DNA from: Paramoeba atlantica
Lineage: Eukaryota > Protista > Discosea
Direction: 5' to 3'
DNA: 64,000 bases
Assembly: GCA_977017575.1 (NCBI GenBank)
Contig: CDRNVI010000063.1
Span: 434,001-498,000 of the forward strand
Position 1 is the first letter of the stretch. Every line of letters begins with the position of its first letter. Under the pieces are notes generated by a model. That model saw only the letters and a list, made by a program, of their open reading frames with translations, made no database searches and was not told where the DNA came from. This document shows, in pieces, positions 55,101 through 64,000 of the stretch. The translations under genes and the position numbers were made by a program.

Positions 55101-55900
55101 AGACGGCAGGGGTGTTTTTCTTGTAGCTTAGAGAACGTGTCATCATCGTCCGGAGCCATTGGATCCGACGTTAGAGCAGCCAAGCCTCTGGAATATTCCC
55201 CCTGCCGGACGAGGAGTTCTGCCCTTAGTGTGGCTTTCTCTTCTTCATCACTAACCTCGGTAGGGGTTGCTTCCTTTTTGCGGTAGGTCGTCACGGCCTC
55301 TTTCCAGAGGAGGGAATAATCCAACGCAAGCCAACGCTGCATGCAACTGTAGGCGTGGGAAGCATATGCCATGTGGCCTTTGCCGCCTCCACGGCGTGGG
55401 GCGGGGAGGACACATTTGGGTAGCATGGCCAGCAAGGTCCACGACTGCAGTGAATTGTCTTTGACGGCGTTATCCATGGTCTCCGTAAGAATTTCACCCC
55501 ACAGCTGGCGGCATCGATGTGGTACGTCCTTGCATGTACTAAGCGGTAGCGAGCAGATAGTTGATAATGATGGAAGCTCAAACTGAGTGATTCCGGCTCT
55601 CCGTCCTGGGCTCTCCGCGTCAGGAAGGGTTTGCGCATGAAGCTCGGATGGCGGAGAGGCCATTGTTGCTTTGCAGCTATGGGAGTGATATGAACGTTTG
55701 TTTTTGTCGTAGTTTCGCCCGCAAGAAGAACAAAGGAAGCGACCTTCTACATCCCACCACTCTGCGGGAATGCTGCTTCCGTGCCGGCAAGCGACGTGGT
55801 TGTAAAAAGCTTGCCACGACCCGCCGTGTGGCAAGCTCCGCCATGAACATCCCTGAGCCGGGCACTGTCGAGAATCGTCTCCGTTGAGGGGAAAAGATGC
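52147..55900 (-). pseudogene. Family-B CRE element, 5'-truncated, with one in-frame TAA at 54923
   Basis: C2H2-like FYNHVACRH; GVQQGDPLGP, WYLDDG; CPMPKC...HVLSC; RPGDV...LDFAVTH; the two ORFs are in the same frame; conserved 3' UTR. Confidence 0.9.
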
Positions 55901-56059
55901 GCCTTGTGATTTTTTTTTTTTTTTTTTTTTTTTTAGTAAAAAAATATAGTTTTAATATACAATGTATAGTGTTTCAAAGTTTATAGTACTATAATAGTAC
56001 TATAAAATAGTTTTTATAGTTTTATGGACCTCTGCTATAAATCAGTATCAATTTTTTTT

Positions 56060-56520
56060 TTTTTTTTTTTTTTGGTTTGCAATTAATAAGGGGGGAGAAG
56101 TATGAATCGCGGCATTGCCTCTATATTTTGACCCAGTAGACGAACCAAGTACATAGTAGGTCCATTAGGGGGGTATATGAATTTGAAACAAGCAATCAAA
56201 TTAGCAATTCTTTTCTTTTCCACAGAAGTATATTTTCTTTTTCTTTTTTCTCAGCCCAAAACTAGCAATTCAATCTCCCCTAAGTATATACGACAAATAA
56301 GACACAGTAAAAATAAAAACAAGCAATCCAGACCCAATCCATTCGCGCGTTCCGGACCGGGTCTTTCGACCACTCCACGGCCTGACTTGTGAACCCTTCC
56401 CTTGCTATACGGGAGGGCGCAGGCGCGGGCCTGTGTCGACAGCGACACGGTCACGAAACAGGATGCTGGCCGACGGGGAGGAGATTCACTACCCGTGTAC
56501 TACCTCACTTGGGGTACCTA
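56060..56520 (-). mobile_element. Isolated family-B 3' UTR copy
   Basis: Matches 52160-52470 and 57680-57975; cut at the type-3 array. Confidence 0.85.
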
Positions 56521-56953
56521 GTTTTTTATTAAGACAACGTTTTTTATTAAGACAACGTTTTTTATTAAGACAACGTTTTTTATTAAGACAACGTTTTTTA
56601 TTAAGACAACGTTTTTTATTAAGACAACGTTTTTTATTAAGACAACGTTTTTTATTAAGACAACGTTTTTTATTAAGACAACGTTTTTTATTAAGACAAC
56701 GTTTTTTATTAAGACAACGTTTTTTATTAAGACAACGTTTTTTATTAAGACAACGTTTTTTATTAAGACAACGTTTTTTATTAAGACAACGTTTTTTATT
56801 AAGACAACGTTTTTTATTAAGACAACGTTTTTTATTAAGACAACGTTTTTTATTAAGACAACGTTTTTTATTAAGACAACGTTTTTTATTAAGACAACGT
56901 TTTTTATTAAGACAACGTTTTTTATTAAGACAACGTTTTTTATTAAGACAACG
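56521..56953. repeat. 18-bp tandem array type 3 (TTATTAAGACAACGTTTT)n, about 24 units
   Basis: Read directly. Confidence 0.97.
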
Positions 56954-57591
56954 TTTTTTTTTTTTTTTTTTTTTTTTTCCAACTTTTCCACAATTTCCAC
57001 ACTTACGGCCCTTCACTTTCCCTTACTCCCCATACTTTCCACACCTACTCCTCTTAGCCCTCTCGTACTTCCCTTCCCTCACTCCCTACCCCACTCACCG
57101 ATCCGCATGCACCCAGGCCCGTATGGTCCTGCACCTCCGCCCCCACCCCGTTAGCAGTAATAAATACTTTTGGTTGCCGTACGAGGGTGGGAGACGTGGA
57201 GGCCACGAAACACAAAGACGTCGTCACGCCGAGGGAGAAGAGCGCGGAGAGAGACACGGGGCGACTGACGCAGGGGCGAGAGGAGGCGAAGCACGGGCCC
57301 ATCTGCCAGGAACTCTGCCCCCACCCCGTGAGCAAGTATTGTATACTTTTGGCTGCTGACACGGGGGTGGGGGACGCGAGAGAGAAACACAACAGGGGGG
57401 CAAGCGCACTGCGGAGGGAGGGTGAGGTGGGGGGATGCGGCGCAGGGGGGTGATGGGACGAGACGGGGAAGGGGGATGCCGACAAAAAGGAGTGTATTTG
57501 AGGGGGGTGCCCTCCCATGGTCTGGAAGATGGTGTATGGAAGAAAAGGGGAAATAATTCAACAAGGTACAGAAACTGTATCTTTATCGTTA
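56954..57591 (-). mobile_element. SL-to-poly(A) retrocopy of a ~600-nt non-CRE transcript, with a 9-bp TSD taken from the type-3 repeat
   Basis: SL 57559-57591; T-tract 56954-56978; AAGACAACG at 56945-56953 and 57592-57600. Confidence 0.8.
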
Positions 57592-57659
57592 AAGACAACG
57601 TTTTTTTTTTTTTTTTTTTTGCTCTTCATGGGCTCAAACGTGTTCCCCGCAAACGTGTT

Positions 57660-60600
57660 TTTTTTTTTTTTTTTTTTAAGCAATAAAATTAGCAATTTCA
57701 TATTTTGGAGCCCAAAACTAGCAATTCGATCTCCCGTAAGTATAATAACAATAATAACAATAATAATAAAAACAAGCAATCCACGCCCAATCCATTCGCG
57801 CGTTCCGGACCGGGTCTTTCGACCTCTCCACGGCCTGACTTGTGAACCCTTCCCTTGCTATATGGGAGGGCGCAGGCGCGGGCCTGTGTCGACAGCGACA
57901 CGGTCGCGAAACAGGATGCTGGTCGACGGGGAGGAGATTCACTTCCCGTGTACTACCTCACTTGGGGTACCTAGCCCTCGCGGGCTAGGCGTGAGCATAG
58001 ACTCTGTCGACTCGACCAACATCCAGGCCAGAAGTTTTCCTTACTCTTCTTTGCCATACCCCACAAGTGCAGGGCCTGTGTTCGCCGAGGGGAGGCGAAG
58101 AACGAGCATACGCGCCTGGGAGCGCATGAGGGTGACGTTCAGACTTGTTAGTATTTGCTGTAACGCCCCCCCTTGCGAAAGTGTTCCACCTGAGGTCGCA
58201 GCTTGGCCTTTCGAGACTTCCCGCAAGACCGACATAGCGGCCGGACTCCAGCATCCGTATGTTTCGACAGCCATAGCTGTGAACTTGGTCTTCGCTTCTT
58301 CAGCTTCCTCCCGTTGCTTCCGCTTGTGTTCGACGGCGTACCTCTCGGCGAATGACCCGGCTGCCACCATGTTAGCATCACGGACCAGGTCCGTATACTT
58401 TTGTTGCTGAACATGTGTGACAGCGAAATCAAGGACGAGGGCCTGACCGAGACCACCGTTCCGGACATAGACATCTGCGGGTCGCGTGAGGGCGCCGCCC
58501 GGACCCCTGTTTCCCAGAGAGACTTCTCTCTGTGGGCTCAACCCGGCCTTGCTGCATTCAGCGGAGAACTGTTCCGCTAGGGCGTTGTGCCTTGTAATGA
58601 TTCCGTGGCCGCACTTGCAGGCTAGCGCATGGTCCCCCCCAGGGCCGAGTGGGAGGCGACAATTCGGAATCGGGCAGTTGTGACCTTGAGGGTATATACT
58701 CTCCCCGAGCCACCAACGAATCAGAGTCCGAAATTCAGTAGGGGTGTAGGCATGACCGCAGAGAGTTGAGGGAACCGTGAAGGCCCAGTTGGATGCCCCG
58801 TCGCCCGTTTGTGAGAGCCACCTAGCCCGAGTGCGGGGATCCGCTCTTGCGTAATCTTCCTCAAAGTCTCTCGCTGAAATCGCATGACTGAGATCGCGTT
58901 GTCGAGGAATCGTCAAATCTTGAGAAAGGTCAATATCGGGGGAGGGCGAGAAGGGGCATCTCTTTATGACGGAGTCCTTGTGGATTTTCCCGGTAGATTT
59001 GTCCACCATACACCCCCCTACACGCCGGTTAATGTCCTCCACGGCGTAAGAAAAGCCCTCAGCCTCATTTGCATCCCATCGATCCTTGTCGGAAGCGAAA
59101 GCTACTGAAGCTACGTACGCTGAGGTGGCATGCATTTCCGCTGAGCGAAGGCCGAGACCGCCGAACTGTTTATTTCTTTGTGCTTGTCGTCGAGCCATGT
59201 CACTCAGTGGGCGACAAAACGTTTCAACCGTACGCTGAACGGCGTTGTCGAGTCTGCGACATAAGTCCAGTAGTTCGTCCGTCGGCGTCGTGCGAAGGGA
59301 GTAAACCATCTGGCAAAACCCTGTGCACTGTCGGATGAGAGAGAAAGCGACCTGAGGGTCCTCCAGTTTCTCGATCGCTTCAAGGGATTCCTCCGCCTGG
59401 GAAATCGCGCTGTCGAGGAGGAACTGACGGCTGTACGTCGTAGATCCGATGGGGCTTCCCAAGATGCTCAGATTACCTTCCATGTTGATGTTGAGCCCGG
59501 GAATGTCAGGAAAGTGGGTAGTTTGATGAGATGAGGAAGGGTGTGTGATTATTTCGCACTTGGACGGATTGAGGTTCAGACCCCACTTTGGCCCTCCAAT
59601 TTCGATGATATCTAGTGCGTGACGTACATCAGAAGCCTGGCCTGCAAGGACGCCATCATCAAGGTACCAGAGATTGAGATGAAGATCAGGAGCTCCGGCC
59701 TTAATTTCTGCGGCCATTTCTCTCATGACGAGCGAGAACAAAAGGGGTCCGAGCGGGTCTCCTTGTTGTACGCCTTCAGAGGATTGAACTACACGTGCGC
59801 CGAATGTCAGGTTACTGTCCGAACTGTAGCACCATTCCACGAACGGGCTCAACTCAGGGAAATGATGCCGTGTCAAGGCCATAAAGCTATTTCTTGAAAT
59901 GTGATTGAAAGCGTTGCGAAGGTCAACCTTGCATAGCACAAAATCCTCGTTATTGATGTGGTGCGCAACCAGGCGCCTGCAAATGTGGATAACACGTTCG
60001 GCTCCTGCGGGCGTCGCCACTCCATATTGTTGATCTTTGAAGAGCGTTCTGGATTTAGCCTTTGCAGACAGACATCCTATCTTGCTCGCTAGTCGGCGGA
60101 AGGTTTCCCCTGCGGCAATGGGGCGGACATCACCCTGACCCTTGTGTAAAGCACATAAGCGTCCGCCGGCGAAGCAGTGTTGGACTTCAAGTGGTACTTT
60201 GCCCGCTAGCATATGACTAATAAGTTTCGTGAGCGTACCGAGCGGATCTGTCCTGGCGTCGTGATGGAATTGCACTGCTACTTGTAGGTGCTCAGGCCGA
60301 AGTCCGAGAGCTCCCCCTGAGGAACCTCGGTGAAAGCTGGAAAGCGCCGTAATGATGTCCTCTTCGGTTGCGGTGATCGGTTTAATATCCAAAGAAGGCG
60401 TGGTAATCGGACTTGGACCCAGAAGTCGAGACGGGTGTTTCGCCTGGAGCTTTTGATAAGTCGTGTCATCGTTTGGGGCAAGTGGTTCGGATGTCAACGC
60501 AGTCATTGCGCGGGAAAGTTCACCATCTCGCACGAGGCGTACTGCTCGGAGCGCAGCTTTCTGATCCTCCTCTTCAATGCTCTGAGCCTGTGGAGAACTT

Positions 60601-62126
60601 TTCCGCTTACGCTTCAGGCTTGACAAGGCCTCGTTCCAAAGTGGTAGAAATTCCTTGTTCTTCCATCTGGAAAGGCATTTGCGGACGTGGGAGGTGTATG
60701 AGGCTTTACCCTTGTCCCCGCCGCGTCGTGGTGCTGGAATTACACATTTAGGTAACATAGCCAGCAGGGTCCAAGCCTCGATGGTGTTGTCACGTACGGC
60801 CGCCGCCATGCATTCGGTAAGTGTTTTCGCCCATTCAGGCTTACAGCTGTTTGGGATATTTTTGCAGGTATTGACGGACAAGGCGCATACTGATGATAGG
60901 GACGGCAGATCTTCCACTGTTGGGGCGCCTTGCATAGTGTTCTCGCTAAGCTGCTGCTCAGGGTGGTGCTCAGTAACGGAATTTGGGGGCGGGACGGGGT
61001 AATCTTTGGAGCCAGCGGAGGAACCATGCGAAGGTTTGGGTGACGGCGTGCGAAACCTGCAGTGCATCTTGTGTGTTGCTTGCTTGCGCATGGAGTAGTG
61101 CTTTTTGCAACCCGGGCATAGGAATCTTCCCTCCTCTGTCCACCATGATTCCGCCACTTCTTCCCCATGTCTGTTAGCCACATGGTTGTAAAAGGCTTGC
61201 CATTGATCGCCGTGCGGCCCTGTTTCCCAGGTACATGAATCCAAGGGGCATTTCCTGGGCCGACTTGGTGTGCTAATAATGGGGGCGGGCGTGCTTTTAG
61301 ATGACTCGGCGTTTCGGGAGGTTAATGGGCGTCGGTGTCGCTTGAGACTTACTGAAGTGTCCGCATGGGGCTTTATGTCCGGTTTTTTCAGAGATGATGC
61401 CGCAGACAGATTGCTGTCACTTTCAGCCTCAGGAGTGTATGGCCTAGGGGAGTTGGAACTTGATTGTGCGGTGTCACGGTCGTCGCTGTCGGCCCCGGAC
61501 TCAGCACACAATTGGGAAAGGGAGATGCTCTTGGGTCGCTTCTTCTTTTTCCGTCCTTTTCCGCATCCATTCACAGACACAGTAAGGTCTTCAGGAGTGA
61601 GATCGGGGAAGAGCAATTTATCTTTTTCGTAATTATATTCGTTGTCGTATGACCTCCGGATATGTCGTTCGCACCTCTCCTTCACAGCCTTATTTGTGGT
61701 TTTTGATAGGCTGAGTGAAGAAGATTCTGCTCCCGCAAACTGGAATTCGAAGTCCTCAGTTGGACGGACGCTGGAGAAAAGTTCCTCTTCCGTGCTTGTC
61801 TGCTGTTGCCCTGTATCTGGGGTCTCACCTTCCACAGAGTTCGTAATGCTGAGTGCAATCTCGTCCGCTCGCCGTAAAGATTCAGCTGAAGGATTAGGTG
61901 GGAGGGGTGTAGTGTATAAGTCTACATGGTACGTACTCTTGCCTTCAACAAGGTCCTTGTTTGCGTCGAATTGGTCCCAGCAGCCGAGTGTGTGTGCTTT
62001 CACCTCGCGCTCGAAGTTCGAGACCTGCTTCGCCTTAGATCGAGTTAAAACAACCATGGGGCGTAAGAGTGAGATAAAGAAAAGAAAATAATTCAACAAG
62101 GTACAGAAACTGTATCTTTATCGTTA
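57660..62126 (-). mobile_element. Full-length, apparently intact SL-capped family-B CRE retrotransposon
   Basis: SL 62094-62126, 36-nt UTR, ATG 62057, uninterrupted ORF, conserved 3' UTR and T-tract. Confidence 0.93.
58041..62057 (-). CDS. CRE-type polyprotein: LsmAD-like motif, zinc fingers, RT, CCHC, restriction-like endonuclease
   Basis: WDQFDANKDLVEGKSTYHVDLYTT; CPLDSC...HVANRH; GVQQGDPLGPLLF; WYLDDG; CPIPNC...HALAC; RPADV...LDFAVTH. Confidence 0.93.
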   Translation of the reverse strand: MVVLTRSKAKQVSNFEREVKAHTLGCWDQFDANKDLVEGKSTYHVDLYTTPLPPNPSAESLRRADEIALSITNSVEGETPDTGQQQTSTEEELFSSVRPTEDFEFQFAGAESSSLSLSKTTNKAVKERCERHIRRSYDNEYNYEKDKLLFPDLTPEDLTVSVNGCGKGRKKKKRPKSISLSQLCAESGADSDDRDTAQSSSNSPRPYTPEAESDSNLSAASSLKKPDIKPHADTSVSLKRHRRPLTSRNAESSKSTPAPIISTPSRPRKCPLDSCTWETGPHGDQWQAFYNHVANRHGEEVAESWWTEEGRFLCPGCKKHYSMRKQATHKMHCRFRTPSPKPSHGSSAGSKDYPVPPPNSVTEHHPEQQLSENTMQGAPTVEDLPSLSSVCALSVNTCKNIPNSCKPEWAKTLTECMAAAVRDNTIEAWTLLAMLPKCVIPAPRRGGDKGKASYTSHVRKCLSRWKNKEFLPLWNEALSSLKRKRKSSPQAQSIEEEDQKAALRAVRLVRDGELSRAMTALTSEPLAPNDDTTYQKLQAKHPSRLLGPSPITTPSLDIKPITATEEDIITALSSFHRGSSGGALGLRPEHLQVAVQFHHDARTDPLGTLTKLISHMLAGKVPLEVQHCFAGGRLCALHKGQGDVRPIAAGETFRRLASKIGCLSAKAKSRTLFKDQQYGVATPAGAERVIHICRRLVAHHINNEDFVLCKVDLRNAFNHISRNSFMALTRHHFPELSPFVEWCYSSDSNLTFGARVVQSSEGVQQGDPLGPLLFSLVMREMAAEIKAGAPDLHLNLWYLDDGVLAGQASDVRHALDIIEIGGPKWGLNLNPSKCEIITHPSSSHQTTHFPDIPGLNINMEGNLSILGSPIGSTTYSRQFLLDSAISQAEESLEAIEKLEDPQVAFSLIRQCTGFCQMVYSLRTTPTDELLDLCRRLDNAVQRTVETFCRPLSDMARRQAQRNKQFGGLGLRSAEMHATSAYVASVAFASDKDRWDANEAEGFSYAVEDINRRVGGCMVDKSTGKIHKDSVIKRCPFSPSPDIDLSQDLTIPRQRDLSHAISARDFEEDYARADPRTRARWLSQTGDGASNWAFTVPSTLCGHAYTPTEFRTLIRWWLGESIYPQGHNCPIPNCRLPLGPGGDHALACKCGHGIITRHNALAEQFSAECSKAGLSPQREVSLGNRGPGGALTRPADVYVRNGGLGQALVLDFAVTHVQQQKYTDLVRDANMVAAGSFAERYAVEHKRKQREEAEEAKTKFTAMAVETYGCWSPAAMSVLREVSKGQAATSGGTLSQGGALQQILTSLNVTLMRSQARMLVLRLPSANTGPALVGYGKEE

Positions 62127-62154
62127 AAGATTTTTTTTTTTTTTTTTTTTTTTT

Positions 62155-63470
62155 ACGAACCAAGTAGGTCCATTGGGGGTGTATATGATTTTAAAACAAG
62201 CAATCAAATTAGCAATTTCATATTTTGGAGCCCAAAACTAGCAATTCGATCTCCCGTAAGTATAAGAACAATAAAAACAATAACAATAAAAACTAGCAAT
62301 CTATGCCCAATCCATTCGCGCGTTCCGGACCGGGTCTTTCGACCTCTCCACGGCCTGACTTGTGAACCCTTCCCTTGTTATATGGGAGGGCGCAGGCGCG
62401 GGCCTGTGTCGACAGCGACACGGTCGCGAAACAGGATGCTGGCCGACGGGGAGGAAGTTTTAGTTCCCGACCCATGTCCTACCTCACTTGGAGTACCTAG
62501 CCCTTGAGGGCTAGGCGTGAGCATAGACCCTGTCGGCATCGACCAGCATCCAGGCCAGCCATCTATATTTTTTTTTTTTTTTATTGGGGGGGGTATACGA
62601 GTTGAAAACAAGCAATCAAATTAGCAATTTGAAAATTTAGCTTTTTTTTTTTTTTTTTTACTAAAAACTAGCAAACAATTCTTTTTTGAAAACAAGCAAT
62701 CAAATTAGCAATTTTATATTGTTTTTATGCAAATAAAGAAAATTTTTCTCTCTCTTTCTCCTCTTTCTCACCTCTTGACATACTTTTCCCACCTTTCTCC
62801 CTACTTTCCTGCTTTCCCCTACCCAACTTTTCAACTTTTCAGGGGGGGTAAGGTCTCCCTCAGCTTCGCCTCACCCGGCCTGCAGGCGGCTCCTCAACCA
62901 TTCGCGCGTTCCGGACCGGGTCTTTCGACCTCTCCACGGCCTGACTTGTGGACCCTTCCCTTGTTATACGGGAGGGCGCAGGCGCGGGCCTGTGTCGACA
63001 GCGACACGGTGTATTTTTTTTTTTTTTTTTTTTTTTTTGGCATTGCCTCTATATTTTGACCCATTAGACGAACCAAGTAGGTCCATTGGGGGGGTATATG
63101 ATTTTAAAACAAGCAATCAAATTAGCAATTTCATATTTTGGAGCCCAAAACTAGCAATTCGATCTCCCGTAAGTATAAGAACAATAAAAACAATAACAAT
63201 AAAAACTAGCAATCTATGCCCAATCCATTCGCGCGTTCCGGGCCGGGTCTTTCGACCTCTCCACGGCCTGACTTGTGAACCCTTCCCTTGTTATACAGGA
63301 GTGCGCAGGCGCGGGCCTGTGTCGACAGCGACACGGTCACGAAACAGGATGCTGGCCGACGGGGAGGAGATTCACTACCCGTGTACTACCTCACTTGGGG
63401 TACCTAGCCCTCGCGGGCTAGGCGTGAGCATAGACTCTGTCGACCCGACCAGCACCCGTCCTGGATACCA
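62155..63470 (-). repeat. Three tandem full or partial copies of the family-B 3' UTR separated by T-tracts
   Basis: Copies at about 62155-62565, 62895-63010 and 63040-63460. Confidence 0.88.
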
Positions 63471-63491
63471 TGGCGTCTTCGTGCTGAAATA

Positions 63492-63522
<31 letters not shown>

Positions 63523-63603
63523 GGATCTCAATAAAAAGAATGCGTTGATCTTATATTAAATCACTTTGTTTGAACTTTGTTGGCTGCTAGGGCGCTGCAA
63601 AAT

Positions 63604-64000
63604 TCACTTTCTATGCACCATGCCTGGTGCCCCTTCTTTCTGATCAATCTCACCCCGATCAACTTTCAACTGCCTTGGCGTTTTAGCGTTTATGAGGCGC
63701 GAAACACTTTCCGAATAAATCTCACAAATCAACTGAGCTGAAATGGGTTTAAGGCGCTCGAAATCAATTTTTGAGACTTTGAATTGAATGAATTCGCACA
63801 TCACAAGTTTGCGAAAGATGAAGTTGGCTGGCTCTGTCCCGCCATTCTCAGACTTGCATTCCGATATCATTTGACCTGCGAGATGCACGGACCTAGCTGA
63901 AAAAGGTTTTAAATGCTCAAGGACCGAACGACACACAGATCCAATGATAAGAATCGGCTCATCAAACTTCAAACGGGGAAATATTGACTCACAACATCTC
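63604..64000 (-). CDS. Possible 3' end of an unidentified ORF entering from the right edge
   Basis: Frame is open to the window edge; weak internal repeat (EHLKPFSA / ERLKPISA); no family recognised. Confidence 0.3.
   Translation of the reverse strand, partial: RCCESIFPRLKFDEPILIIGSVCRSVLEHLKPFSARSVHLAGQMISECKSENGGTEPANFIFRKLVMCEFIQFKVSKIDFERLKPISAQLICEIYSESVSRLINAKTPRQLKVDRGEIDQKEGAPGMVHRK

Noticed and set aside
548-63492. The many 60-200 aa ORFs antisense to or overlapping element genes and UTRs
   Set aside because: They are shadows of real ORFs or of repeated UTRs and show no motifs.
22388-63525. Every 20-30 nt T-tract as a true poly(A) tail
   Set aside because: Some join unrelated fragments and could be assembly or homopolymer artefacts; only those backed by a 3' UTR or TSD were used.

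Overview
Eukaryotic, most likely euglenozoan (kinetoplastid/diplonemid-type) DNA, inferred from eight copies of a spliced-leader (SL)-like exon with the diagnostic ACAGTTTCTGTAC core. The window is almost entirely a nested mobile-element cluster built around 18-bp tandem arrays; only a possible host ORF at the right edge is not element-derived. It contains: (i) about a dozen full, broken or chimeric CRE-clade non-LTR retrotransposons (RT + CCHC + restriction-like endonuclease) in two families, nearly all on the minus strand, many starting with a genomic copy of the SL exon, i.e. retrocopies of trans-spliced RNA; (ii) three tyrosine-recombinase (DIRS-order, TATE/VIPER/Ngaro-like) retroelements, two with visible split direct repeats, one integrated cleanly into the 18-bp array; (iii) three different 18-bp satellites sharing a consensus yAAAArA-N5-TCTTwA; (iv) three copies of an unrecognised ~400-bp non-coding element with paired, covarying ends, inserted with no target duplication and in both orientations into CRE ORFs; (v) an 873-bp non-coding element with subterminal inverted repeats; (vi) an ataxin-2/PBP1 LsmAD-like motif at the N-terminus of two CRE ORFs. 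All calls come from reading the sequence and motifs by eye; no database search or folding program was run.
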